DNA of 46,530 nucleotides, filler included, from Sphacelaria rigidula (GCA_964200075.2; 2 parts of 2 records of this genome joined end to end with filler, not necessarily neighbours in it); one strand, 5' to 3'; shown: positions 12,867 to 25,400, numbered from the whole stretch's first letter. Notes: generated by a model not told the origin, from the letters alone. A program made the numbers and translations.

Positions 12867-15800
12867 GTGAGTGTACATTCGCCACCCCCGGCGTTACTCA
12901 TCTTCCGCTTCACCTTCGGAACGGCCGAGTAGGATAGCGTCAGGGTCGACCCTCTCAGGGTATGTGAACTGCCGACTGTGTTCATTGCCGTGGCTCTTCT
13001 CGGCATCGGTTGGTCTCGTCAACGTACGCACAATACCGTGTAGTTCGATGCAGCGAATCGGGGGGCTTGCGGGCAGAGTAGCGCAACAGACCGACATGCA
13101 GGCCCTCAACGTATGGTGGAGAACACATCCGTTGCATGTTCACTGCTAAGCATCTACCGTGGTCTGTCGTCCGACACACTGCACGTTCCTTCATTGCTAT
13201 GCGGGCTGTACACGTGAAGGCTTCTCTTTCTGCTCGCTATACCATACGGTTGTCTGTGTAGACAGCTAGGCACGCACAGTCCAGGTGCATGTCCATGGCA
13301 TTTTGTGCTGAGCATTGTGCCCGAAACCACAATCTGAGGAGTACCTGGGTCGCGTCGCGTCTTGATAAAGAGATTGACACCAGAAATTGTCTTCCTGAAA
13401 GATCCCCCAATATGTATTTTTAATTTTAGTTCCGATCAATCTAGTGCTCTGCCCAGCCGTTGGAAAGACAGGCTGCGTTTGGTTGACCCCGCCGCTCTTC
13501 CCCGTCGACCCCCCTCCATCGATCTCGAAACTGCCTCCTACGGTAGTGTGTGTTCACGACGTCGCTGTGTTTTAGTGTGGAACAAAAATGTTCAAGCTGC
13601 TACTTTCTGCGATGGTACATGTAGTTTCAGTGTGCGAGACGACACCTTCACGTCTAGCTGATTGGCAGACGTCATCGGACCCTTCCCTAACAGCGCCTAT
13701 CGGTTTTCTTCGTCACCACAGCTATCGACTGCAGATGTAGAAGTAGTCGCATCGGCCGGAACCGGCGGTGGGGGGGAGAGCGACATGGCAATTGCGCGCG
13801 CGAAACCGCCTGGTGGGGGGAAAGTGCGCAAGAAGAGTGGTCACATCACCGCAGCAGGTGGCGATGGTGAGATATGTGTGTAAGACCTTGGTCCGTTTGG
13901 AAAACAGAACGCATGCAGCAGGCGGAGTTGTCTTGTTGTGAACGCACGTGAGGGAAAGTACGTCAGAGGGAAAGGCTGCGGGCCGAGTGCTATCGAAATC
14001 GTATCCGTGGAACTTGCGTTATTCGCGTGGTTTTCATCCACGAACGGATACAGTGGCGATCGGAGCTTGCCACGGGAAAGTGCACGGGTTAGGACGGGAC
14101 CGAATGGTAAGGGACTGGGGGGGAATTCCAGCCCGGTCCCGTCGTTTCTTGAACGACGGGAAGCTGGTCCCGTCCGGCCCCATCACTTGATGGTAACGAA
14201 AAAACGTTCCAATAACGTCCTCACGGAAACATGTTCAATGTTTTCACGGATATTCCCGTGTAATCTAACATGAATTAGGGTATATCTTCACGAATGCAGG
14301 TGTAGGAATGTGCGGATATATCTTTGAACCCCGGTCTCTTCCATAGCTCATTCTTCACTTTCAGTGCACAGGAAGTGATGAAAGGTCACAATACCCGTAA
14401 CCGGGGCTTGTAACGGGACTTGGGGACGGGACGTCACCGTTTTCCCGTCGCAATTATGAGTCGATCCAACTGTTGTTGTCGGATGTTGTACAATACCTCG
14501 ATACCGGCGATTGTTATTTCGTGAACAAAAATGTTTTCATCGTGCTCCTCTTGGGGGGTTTACACGCACATTCCCATGAGGACGGGGCGGGACCGGAAAG
14601 TATCACGCGAACGTTTTCGTGAGGAAGGGACGGGAATTCCCGTCCCGTCCCATCTCATTAGTTTCCAAAAATTCCCACTCCGTCATTTTTTTTTGCGACG
14701 GGAGAACGATCCCGTCCCGTTCCGAATCCCCGTGATACGCCGTCATGGCGATGTGGGTTTCCTTTTGCCTGTTTTGGTGAAGCGATATAGCTTTTCGTTG
14801 CAGAAAATGGCATTATCTACGAGACAGCCTTTCCACCATGCGCTTGTGCATGAATGCCCTGGGTGTCGCTTGCTGCACGGCGATGTTGCCTATCTACCGC
14901 AGACCGTGACGTGAAGAGGTGGGCGATGGTACAAATACCCATGGTGCATTTTTGATCAGCCAAGGGATGTAGGAGATGTCGTTACTATCACGCCGCACTT
15001 TTGGCTATCCGCCTTTTTTCTCGTTGGGAACGGCTCAAATCGTGGTTGCGGCGGGCGCGCCCCAAGGCACGTGTTTGCTGCATGCAGCTTGTCCGTTTTG
15101 TACGTGTACTTCAGGAGGAAGCGGCATCGTTGGCGTAATGCTGTATAGCTCCAAACATATCTTCCACATCTAACACGTCCCCTACGACCATTTTATAAAT
15201 CGCCTTGCCCACGTTTTCTCCTTCGATAGTCAACACCCGCCATGCCTCCGCCACGTATACTCACCAGAACCAGCCAAAATGGAAGTACAAGAAAAGATTG
15301 AGATACCATGGGCATCATCCAAGAAACACATCACAGGGGACAAGGCGCCCTCTGCCTCTTCATCCGCTACGAATAAGGACCCTGCGCAAGCGACAGCGGC
15401 GAAACTTTCCCCATCGAAAGAGTTTCAATCCCCGCAACTCTCTAGCACAGTTACTCTGTCCAAGACGGCGATTTCGTCGTCGTCATCATCTGTACCCCCA
15501 AAGCACGCGTCATCCAAAGCCGGACCGAAGCCAAAGGGATCATCCACGGGGAAACACGAGTCTTCTGCAGCAAAATCTGCTGCTTCTGCGCCGTCCCTAG
15601 AGAAGAACAGTTCGTCAGCCGGCCAAGTGATTACTGCGATATCTCCTCGACAACAAGCCACGCCCGATATTGCTGCTACCGGAGGCGGGAAGTCCAAGAG
15701 TCACAGAAAAGGCTTGAGTGATGCCGGCAAAAGCAAGCGGAGTAGCGGTGCACACAAGGTAGCCGGTGGAGATGAAGATTCCGCAGCTAGTTCTGGACGG

Positions 15801-18800
15801 AACAGTCGACGCGCGCCGGTGATCGAGCTAGAGAGTGAGGAAGAGATGCAGGATGACGATGAACCAGAGGAAGAAGAGGACGATACACCGCGCGAGGGTA
15901 TCGGTGCTTCGGCGGCTGAGTTGGCGTCGATAGATCTCGAGCTGGGTGTGGAGAAGGAGTGGATCCAGGTTGAGTGGGAGGTGCAGAAGGTCGGCAAGAA
16001 CGTCGAAGATGTGAGTAAAAAACTACGTTCCGTGGATGTTGTCGTATTCCATGGGTTACATCTCTGGTGTAGTAGAAGTAATCGCTTGTTGGAAACACGG
16101 GCGAGCAACAAATAGCCGTGAGAGATGTGTTGTCATGATCCACTGTACCCGCGCGTTTATATGTACCTGCAGATAGCAGTCCACGGCTCCCGAAATCCGT
16201 GTCCCAGGTGTAGATCGGGAGAGAGAAGGATGTGTGTGCAAACAATGTTCTGGAAATGTTAGATTAATCTCTCATGCTCACCGTTGGTCGGTGATCTGCT
16301 CGACATACTTTCACGCACCAGCTCCCGTACACGCTGTCGCTTTTTTTTTTTTTCAAGACTATGTGAACGCGGGCACCAGTTCCAAGTTGCGCCTGCAAGT
16401 ACACGAGGTGTTTCAGTGGAGGCCAACAAAGTCAGCATCAGATCTGAGAGAGTTGAAAATAAGTTCCTGGATCATATCCTTCTTATGCAGTACTCACGTA
16501 ATTATTTGTTGATTCATTTACAAATTGGAATTGTTGAAGTCATCGCGCATGCGCACACCATGAACGACCACGCGCGTCGTTCGTTAGTTTGTAGAGAGTT
16601 TTAACAAGAAGCGATGGTTTAGCAACCCCGCCGCACGGGCTTGCGAACCTTTTCCAGACGTTAACCATTGACATAGCACCATTATCCATGTCCCAGAACG
16701 CGGCGTGGTGTTAGTGGGGGTGTAACCGTTGCTACCATATAACTAGGTACGCACTCTGGGATGATAAGCAATAGGGTGTGTGTGCTGTCGTCCCATCTAT
16801 TCTGGACGCCGGTCTACACCTTTCGGTATATGTGGGCGCACGAGCCGGGGTCACACAGGACCAAGGTCAACACAGGAGTTTTTCTTTTTTGTTCCGTTTT
16901 GATAATCCAACTTCCTCCTGCGGTGCTTGTCTTTATTTTTTATCGCGAGAGGAGTTCAGCTGTCGTCTTCCCTCGTCGACTATTGAGCCGAATTCTGTGT
17001 ACCCACGACATTGTCGTTCTCCACTGTTGGGCGTGAGAAAAAATCCCAGATCGCTCCGAGATTCGAATCCACGACTCAACCGTCAGAAGGTTTCGAGGTT
17101 ACCAACTAAGCCATCGGGGCGACCGGTAACAACACAATGTTGGATCTCGACGACAAATCACATACCCAGGAATAAAACAGTACACCCTCGCTATACCACG
17201 TTGAAGACGATACGCCACAACCCGCCAAGACGTTGAACAATATTAACGAGCACCACAGGTATCTTTCTGTGCGCTCTGCATTTTGAGATTTGGTTGTTTT
17301 GAACAGCACCTACTGCGGGTACGACAGCATCACCCATTCCATGTTATACAGGGCGGCGTGAGGTTGGTCGTGTAGGCTACGCTGGCGTATACGGTAGGTA
17401 CGGTTCACGGCGATGGCCAAGCCAGCTCTTGATCTTTTGGACAACACTGAGATGGTGGTTCTCTTCTCGAGTCCCGAGATTTTGATGAAAATATCACCTT
17501 GGAAAGTAACGCATAAGAACATGAAAACAAAGGAAGCAGCATCATACCCAACAACACATTACCGGCGCGTTTTACGTGGGAAGGTTGTGTGCTGCCGCTT
17601 GCCCTCAGTTTTAGGGCAGTCGATTTTCAGTGAAAATATATATTTCAATGCACCCAGGGGGGACTCTCGCGTGTTTTGCGCATGGTGCTCGCTGTGGGCT
17701 CATTTTACGCGCGTGCAGTTATTTACGGTAGTCACAACAAAGCGCCGTTGGGATACAAAATTGTCCAAAGAGATAAGATGCTCTTGGTAGGTTTGTCACT
17801 GCGTAGCGACTGAGGCAAAGTGATAGCTGTACATGCTCCAGGTTACGCGCGTCTAGAGGTGCCTGTACCCGTACTATTAGCAGACCTCAGCCTTCGTGTA
17901 GACGTGCTCAGTATAAGATACATGCGCTTCCTATGGCTTCGTCAAGCAAACATTTTTTACGGCATGATCTCGAACAAATTCAAGGATTGTTCTCCTTAAG
18001 TCATTGGAAGTAATTTTGGGCGGTCGATGGGCCCCCAGAACTGATACAAACAGTGGCCTTGATACTGATATGTTCTCATTGTGTTCAACCTTGGTTGCAA
18101 CTTTCTCGACATTATCAGCACCCAACCATTGATGGTGCCGTGTTCCGACGGGTTGACCCCCCCGTTTAGGTGCCTGCATGTGTATCGTCGCAACGCCAGC
18201 CGCTCCAGTCACGTTCACACTTTCTACTCTACCGGCATAGACTTGACTCACGGACCCGGTGACCGTTCGAGGTATGACCATGGTCATAGGCCGAGACCGT
18301 GTCAAGCGTGCTCGTTTGGTTTACCCGTATGTGTGTTGTCCCAACGTCAAGGGCCTCATTTGTGTTCACCCTTCTCACACTCTTGGGCTCGAGTTGCGAA
18401 CCCGATATCCGTTCGTAGTTTACGCATGATCCTAGAAAGAAGCCGCCGGCAACTCACTTAAGTAGATACTCGTAGCCGCAACACAGGCCTTGCCTCGGGC
18501 TTGCCATTTGGATGTGGAATATTGAGATATAGTATGCAGGGCGATGTGAGAAGGAATATTGCGGCGATCGCACGCTGCGCAACTCCTCCGGGTCAGTGAA
18601 TCGACGGACGAGTCCATCTCATTAGGATGGAAAATCATTAACGAACTCTGAACAGCTTCATAGTGACAATTATCGATTGCTGCAGGATGCTGCGGTCGGG
18701 TCCAGAAGCAAGTTGCGTCTTTAGTACGGTGGTGGATGAGACGCAGTCGATGGCAGCGTATCCGCCGAAATCTGAGTAGTCGTTTTTTTGGCTGTGGTGG

Positions 18801-20184
18801 AAGTTACGTCTGTGTGGATCATAGTGCTCTCTTCGCCATTGCCTGCGCGCGCGCCGTGTCGGCCATTCTTGCGCTGATTCCTCCGCTCCTGCTGTGTTGA
18901 TGAGGTCCTATTCACCGTGCGTTTCGACCCTGCATCGGTCTTGGTTGTCCCTTCCTAGTCGCGAGATCCTCGTCGTGATTGCCGTGGGAACGGTCGATGG
19001 ATATGATATCACAACCTTCAACCCGCTTCTACCTTGACCGCGTATCGAAGGCACTCGATGTTGTATGTCAAAACAAAATGTATGTTCGCCCGTCGATTTC
19101 AACACGAGTGTTGGAAGTAGGAGAGCATATCCCCGATGTACTTTTATACTTCATTGTGAAATAACGACACTGTTGCCCGTGATTCCAACGAAACGCAGTG
19201 GATGCAATGGTTTGAGGCGTCCGTGGACCTGAGAAAACCGGTTGAATTCGATGAACTCGATCGCCCCCGATGGACTATCAGCTACTCCAGATGCGGCACC
19301 CTGAAGGCCACCAAGGTGAGGACTAAATGAAGGAAGTCCAACGCATGAATGGAATGACCAGTTTGTGAGGTTGCCATCATTGTCGGTCGGTGTTCAATCG
19401 TTCGACGACGCTCCCTTGTACCTGTTATTCATTTTGTGCGCCGTCGCTCTGCCGATTCGCTGAGGGTAGGGCTACTGTGTGTTGCATTATCTCCACCTGT
19501 TTTTTTTACACTGCTGTCTTGAGGAGTGAATGAACTTTGCAATCGCTCTCATCAAAACTTGCACGTTCGTTACTTCCCTCTGACTCGGTGGTCGTGCAGA
19601 GTGTGGTGGTGTTCTTGACCAAGGACAAACTGCTCGACGATTTCGACGGGGTGCCGCTCAACTGGCGAAAGAAATCTGACGAGTTTCAGGATGTGGTGAG
19701 TGCTAAAACTCATCGCGCCCGTGCCTGGCAAGAGCGAGAGTTAAAGTATTGACAACGCACCTCTGATCTGGCCGTTGAAAGTACGCTATGTAGTTGGCAT
19801 GACTCTTGTGTTCTGTCGAGCTCGTTGCTCATACCGCTTCATGTTCTTGGCGAATGCTTGTCACCCTGTTGTGTTTTGTGTCGAGCTCCTGCTGACCATG
19901 CTTGAACGTTTCTCATGATGACTTATCTCCAGCTCCATACAACTCATGGGGCGTACCGTCGTCTTGGTGTGACGAAGTTCAGGCGTGAACATAGCATCAA
20001 CAAAGGCTCACCCACACCGTTTTCGTTCTGTCATGCTCCGCAACAGGTCGATCTGTCCAAGCCCAAGAGAAATTCGTCTAGCAAAGGCACAAGTAGCACT
20101 GCGTCTGCCTCCTCCACCAGTGCTAACGGCGCGGGGGGTTGGAAGGATAAATTCTTCGGGCGATCGTCGCGACGTCGGAGTTGA
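12708..20184 (+). CDS. Multi-exon gene (possibly partly degenerate): HMG-box, long S/K-rich and acidic linker, unassigned C-terminal domain
   Basis: Phase-compatible AG/GT exons: 12708-12866 (IGKLWRDASEDERKPFHEASARLRAE, HMG helices 2-3), 13722-13866, 15268-16010, 16180-16231, 16358-16407 (or to 16497), 17398-17505, 19199-19315 (WMQWFEAS..), 19600-19695, 19933-20184 (stop; possible small intron before 20047). A candidate exon at ~18959-19050 needs a frameshift. The 5' end and HMG helix 1 were not found. Confidence 0.5.
14083..14734. mobile_element. Non-autonomous TIR element rich in subterminal ACGGG/CCCGT motifs
   Basis: Ends cacgggttaggacgggac and gtcccgttccgaatccccgtg are imperfect inverted repeats. 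Many gggacggga/tcccgtccc motifs cluster near both ends. No clear TSD. Confidence 0.55.
16776..17126 (-). mobile_element. tRNA-derived SINE, full length
   Basis: Minus-strand head GCCCCGATGGCTTAGTTGGT...GTGGATTCGAATCTCGG carries Pol III A and B boxes. It ends in a CA-repeat tail, and its 3' body matches 21512-21662 in the opposite orientation. Confidence 0.8.
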
Positions 20185-20823
20185 ACATTTCATCAGCAAA
20201 ATAACCCGCCAGTTTGCATGGTTTTCATACAGTGAAGTGTTGTATTTAGTATGCCAAGAGTTCCCCGATTTGGCGTGAAGTATTTGTTTTTCATTACAAT
20301 ATGGATTCCTCGTGTTTATCGATGTTCACGCTGTTTTTCATTACGAAAGGAAGGGCAGCCTCCTGTAGATTAGCACAGACATATTTACCGATTTGCTTGC
20401 GGAATAACTATTCAATACAGAATCTGGGTGAAGCAAATGTTGCTGAATAGAAGCGCGGTCAGGTGACTGTAGGAAATCATTGCGTAGTTTAATCGGAGGC
20501 TCGGCACCAACCGCTAAATACAAATCACCAGACACAATCATCAGCGAAATTTCGTCGCGGGATGGTGACATACTGGACTTGGGGATGGCTGCTGTACGTT
20601 TTGTATATAAAATAAACGTGGTGTGTGTGCTCCTGTGCATGAGGTTACAGCGTACGGGGGAGCGGAACGAGCTTCGCCGCGATGACCAGGAGTGTGAAGG
20701 AAAGGGCCACAAGATGTCGAGACGCCAAATGATGGGGGCAGCAATACTTGTCCAAAAGAGGATCCCGCTTGAAATTTGGTGGGAAGCGAGAACGTTGATG
20801 TGGTACAACTACTTTAGTCGGTG

Positions 20824-21100
20824 AAGATTTGACGTGTTCGGTTATGGCCGCGAATAGCCTTGATGCCTGCGGCACAGATCGTTGTTTTTCAAGGGCTCAC
20901 GTTGACGCCGAAGGGTGCTACGCGGTGTGTTAGAAGTCGTTGTTCAAGAGAGTACACGAGTGGATTGTCCACCACATGTAGTCCGTAAAGATGTGAAGTG
21001 ATTACTTACAGCCGTGAGGAGCCGTGATGCCTGCGGCAAAGGTCGTGATCATTTAAAGGGGTCAGGTTGACGCCGAAGGATGCTACACGCTTTGCTAAGT
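20824..21100 (+). repeat. Diverged tandem duplication, ~165-bp period
   Basis: gatgcctgcggcacagatcg...gttgacgccgaagggtgctac (~20863) versus gatgcctgcggcaaaggtcg...gttgacgccgaaggatgctac (~21027). Confidence 0.75.
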
Positions 21101-21511
21101 CAACTTTTAATAGAAACCGCCAGTATATTGTTGACCACAACCATGAAGGCGATAAGAAGAGGACACTGTGGCCGATATCAAGACATGGGCGACGACTTCT
21201 ATCCTCCCCGTCCCCGTCTCACAGCTACTACTACTACTGTCTCACAGCTACTACTGCTGGTACCACATCAGCAGCATTCTTCGATCACGACGAGTGCTGA
21301 TGTATGATGTGAAAGAGGTGATTTCTCGACGGACACTTGCGGGGATTCCCCCCTTCTATGTGAGAGTATCTGGATCAGTCAGGTTGAGCGGGCGCGATAA
21401 GGTGCTCCTGTGCTCTTGCTACCGCTGCATCGCGCTTCTCCCTGAACGGTTTCTTCTTTCAACCCACTGAAGTGCGCAGCAGAAAACGAAAAAACATGAG
21501 ATGTACGAACC

Positions 21512-21662
21512 AGGAAACTGGCGGCGGGGGTACTAAAAACAAACAAAAATGAAAACACTCCTGGGCTGACCTTTCTCCTGTGTGACCCCGGCTGGTGTGC
21601 CCACATATACCCAAAGGTGCAGACTGGCGCCCAGAATAGATGGGAGGACAACAAACAACAAC
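21512..21662 (+). mobile_element. 3' portion of the same SINE family as 16776-17126
   Basis: cctgtgtgaccccggctggtgtgcccacatatacc..ccagaatagatggga is the reverse complement of ~16790-16860; it ends in a caa-rich tail. Confidence 0.75.
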
Positions 21663-22057
21663 GTGACACATGAGAAAAAAAACGCAAAAAAAACGTAACT
21701 TTGGGCCATTTAACGCTACGTAACTTACGTGAACCTAAAAGGTTTGATTTTTTGGACGAGACAGATGCAATGTAACGCGATGTAACATGTGGACCTTGAA
21801 GCAGTGCCTCCTCCAGATGTAAAAAAAAGGCTGTTTTTGTGGATTTTTAACGTGACACGGTACACGTTACATATTCACGAAAACAAGCAGAGTTTTCTTC
21901 ACATCTTATGGGGAACGCAATGTTAGCGTTAATGCGAAGGACCACACGTTACATCACGTTAAGTTGCATATATCCCATCCGAAAAATCAAATCTTACGTG
22001 GCTTTAAATGGCCCAAAGTTACGTGTTTTCGAATGTGTCACGTGTCACGTGTCACGT
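21661..22057. mobile_element. Foldback-type inverted-repeat element
   Basis: acgtgacaca..acgtaactttgggccatttaa..tttgatttttt..gatgcaa..gtaacatgtggacctt pairs with aaggaccacacgttac..ttgcat..aaaaatcaaa..ttaaatggcccaaagttacgt..tgtgtcacgt. Confidence 0.75.
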
Positions 22058-22119
22058 ATCCCTCCTTCGAATAAACAACTCAACAGCCAGTAAAGAAGAG
22101 CGAAATCTGTACATGGTAA

Positions 22120-22765
22120 TCGTATGTAGTATGTACGTGGATACCAGCAGTTGCTGCTCGTTTTCTCTCAAAACTTGGAGGCCCATTCAACGAATAGTAT
22201 GGTTCTCTCTTAGCGATTCCTTCTGCTGTAGTGATGGCGTATGTCGTTGCTGAGGTTTGTTCGTTAAAACAAAGTCCACCCCTGAGCCACTCAGTCAGCG
22301 CTGACTGAGTAGCTCAGTGGTGGAGTTCGTTCTGACGAACAAAAAAAGAAGTATGTTGAGTGCGTATCTCTCGGCGCCTTCTCTGGGTTGCCCCTCGCCA
22401 ACGCTGCAGCTGACAAGTTCCAAAACCTCTCACGTCTTTCCACAACAACTGTAGATAACTTTCCTCGACTGCGTACAGTATGGGAGAGAAGAAATGATCG
22501 CACCAAGAACCGACTTCGGGTTCACTTCTACGGAAGACCATCAGATCATACAGTCAGCGCTGACTACTTGGTCTAGCGGTGGGATCCCCTCTTCCGTAGA
22601 AAGGAATCCGAGTTCGATTCTAGGAGCGATCACTTCTACTTTCCCACTACAGTGAAGATATCTTCCCCATTTAGTCGTGGAAAGACATGAGATACTCCGA
22701 AACTTGTCAGTTGCGGCATTGGCGACGTGCAACCCGAAGAAAGCGCCGAGAGAGACTCGTACGAC
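22120..22765. mobile_element. Cluster of tRNA-headed SINE-like elements arranged as two head-to-head pairs
   Basis: Palindromic junctions AGTCAGC|GCTGACT at 22293-22306 and 22552-22565. A-box-like TAGCTCAGTGG and TGGTCTAGCGG follow the junctions, and a B-box-like GAGTTCGATTC follows the second. Arms 22370-22550 and 22566-22760 are reverse complements. Confidence 0.7.
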
Positions 22766-23140
22766 CTTAAAGACACTTGTTCTTCTCCCGTCCGAGTTTT
22801 CGTGTCAGTGGCCCTATCTTTTTGCTGTACGTGGCGTGGGCAACTATCGCCTGTGGATCACCATCGCCACTGCAGTGACGCACTCTCTCACCAGAGGTTT
22901 GATGCTTGTTGAATGCCGCCTCGGTGATCTAATGGTATAACTGACCCATTAGGTCGGATAAAACGCGCGCTCTTCCTGCCAGAGGCGTCTAGGTTGCCTT
23001 TTTTTTCACAACTTCCGTAGTACGTGTGTATCTGATACCCTAGTTGTTAGACGTGAGGATGTGAGCAGCAAGAACAGTGCGTCAGAGTTTGTTACGCAAG
23101 GCAACGCGATGCGGGAGTGCTGATGAGTCATGCTGCGATA

Positions 23141-23193
23141 GGGGGTACTCATGATCATGCATGCCATAGTCATCAGAGCATTGACCTTGCATC
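23141..23193. repeat. Dispersed ~30-50-bp repeat, probable DNA-transposon terminus (other copies at 6310-6338 and 28765-28816)
   Basis: GACTATGGCATGCA(T/A)GATCATGAGTAC occurs three times (+, -, +). The 23.1-kb and 28.8-kb copies share a further ~20 bp. Confidence 0.7.
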
Positions 23194-23219
23194 CATACAA
23201 TACCCAGACGGAGCACGAC

Positions 23220-23319
23220 NNNNNNNNNNNNNNNNNNNNNNNNNNNNNNNNNNNNNNNNNNNNTTAATTAATTAANNNNNNNNNNNNNNNNNNNNNNNNN
23301 NNNNNNNNNNNNNNNNNNN
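23220..23319. other. Artificial assembly spacer N44-TTAATTAATTAA-N44
   Basis: Exactly 100 bp. The central 12-mer puts a stop codon in all six frames. Confidence 0.97.
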
Positions 23320-23767
23320 AAGACAGATATGCCACTTCAGCCCCATATTTTGTTTGAACCCCAAAATATAAAATCGGCTGTTACATTGAAATTTAATGAA
23401 AGAGGGATAGAAGAGACAGACGCCTCCAATGAAGAGCGATGGGACTCGGCTTCTTTGGCGGCACCTGAGCCGCTGGTGTGAAGGAGAGAGAGTGCTAGAG
23501 CTGTGAGGGCCCTTTTGAACTCTCTGACAGCGAAACGGATAGTCCATCTGGATCACGAATTCTTTTTTCAAGTGAAAATTGATGCCGATTCAGTAGGTCA
23601 CCTCCCGTCGCGGAGCTTGCGTGCACGACCCGCCGCAAGAGCGGCCGCGTTGCACGCTTTCCTCTTCAGATTGGCGTCACGTCGGGACTCATGCTTGGAT
23701 TTAGATGCGGATCGAGCTTCAGCATGACGCGCGTCGGATCCAACTATTGCCTTCATCATGTCGAGGT

Positions 23768-24222
23768 CACGTTAGGCTTGAGCTTGGGCGAGACTTGCTG
23801 ACAGTCTCGCAGCCCGCTGTTGCTTCAAGGCTTGAAGCCTTTCCAGCCTGCCCACGTACAAGGCACGGCGTCGCTCTTTGTTGGGAGACAGAGATGGGTT
23901 CGGTTCGGGCGGTCGCCCCTTTTTGGTTGCATCTCAGCCTCCGGCGTCAACTTTAAAACAGGATAGAAAGTGCTAGAGCTGTTACATACGTAGAAACAGT
24001 CAGCAACCCCACGTTTATGGCTCCTAATTGACATGCACGCGACCGCCTCGCCCGCCTTTCATGCACTACTGGACGGTTGTCCATCGAACAAAGTCTGTTT
24101 TGTGTAGATGATGAGCTCAGCTTGAACAATGCGCTTAAGTGGTGGGCGTCTATGCGTCGGTTCCGGGCTCGTTGTATCGGCTCTGTGCTATGTCGTTGCG
24201 TCTTGTCCGCTGCACTAAAGTT
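23768..24222 (+). repeat. Diverged direct repeat of 26501-26930
   Basis: cacgttaggcttgagcttgggcgag..gttgcttcaaggcttgaa..atgggttcggttcgggcgg..tgtatcggctctgtgcta aligns colinearly with 26501-26930. Confidence 0.8.
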
Positions 24223-24649
24223 AGGGGTGCGAATCGCTCACAAAACATATAGGAAATTTCCCCCAGAAGTGTCCTGGCTCTTCCTGATGGACAAATCAAG
24301 CTAGCCACTCAGAAACAAAGGATCCATCCGGTCGGTTGCAAGAGAACCGTGGAAGGCCTTCTGCGCAGATCACACACTCTGCCGCAGATGCATTTCTCAT
24401 GGGCGTACTGGTGAATCATTTTGCAAGTAAATATTATTCCGATGCAGATACCGACTTTGGGGGTGACTACCGACAACGACAAATTCAAACAGAGAGTACA
24501 ACAACAGCAGTACAATGCAGTACGAAAGCCCTGTGGTACAGACACTACAGTGCAGTATTATCTCAACCACCCCCCCCAAGACACCCCCCNNNNNNNNNNT
24601 TGCCAAACCACTCACGGAAGCCACAAATAAGCCCCCCCCCCCCCCCCCC

Positions 24650-25400
24650 CCGCTGCTTTCCTTCCCTTCTTCGATGGGCGCCAGAAATGATCAGATTACA
24701 CGAAATCTTTGAAAAGCGTTGAACCTGTGAGCCTCTACGGCGGATCAACCGGGTCTTGCATCTATCTTTCAAGTCAAAATTAATTCAATTCACAATAAAT
24801 TACTCTCCCTGAAGGTGACTGTATATGGATGGACAAAGCCGAACAAGGCTCAGTACAGCACAGGACAATGCAGCATGATGTAGAACAGTACAGTTCAGGA
24901 GAGTGTTGTCTTCTCTCCTGCCCCCCCCCTGCGTTCCTTCCCATTGCTCCCATCATCTATGTCCATTACCATGGACCAGATTACAAAAAAGCTTTCGAGA
25001 TCGTGGACTCGTCCTGCCCCTAGCTCTGGAATTGAACCCTTGGACCTCCAAGGTGGGAATTCTGTATCTTACACTCATATTTCAAGTAAACAATGTGCCA
25101 GTGCACAACAGTTGGCTCGCCCTGAAGGTGGTTATGAAGATATGGGCAATGCCGAACAAGGCACAACAGTACAATACAGGGCAATGCAGTACAGCCCAGT
25201 TGAACAGAGTCTTGTCTTTTCTCTCTCCCTCCGTGCGTTCCTTCCCACTGCTCCTATTAACTATGGGCATCACCATGCACCAGATTGCAAGAAACCTTTG
25301 AAGAGTGTGAACTCGTCCTGCCCCCAGCTATGTACGTGAACCGTTGGGCCGTCACGGTGGCAATCTGGGTCCCGTTCATATTTCGAGTCAAATCATGCCA
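24650..25400 (+). repeat. Diverged tandem repeat, ~300-bp unit
   Basis: ccctgaaggtg, gccgaacaagg, tgcgttccttccca.tgctcc, ccagatt.caa.aaa and actcgtcctgcccc each recur about 300 bp apart. A 10-N gap lies at 24590-24599. Confidence 0.75.

Noticed and set aside
15425-16245. Minus-strand ORFs 15425-15697, 15701-16111 and 15787-16245
   Set aside because: They are antisense shadows of the plus-strand low-complexity exon.
17050-17126. Functional tRNA gene (also 22566-22630)
   Set aside because: A and B boxes are present but there is no proper acceptor stem or cloverleaf; the sequence continues into a repeated SINE body.
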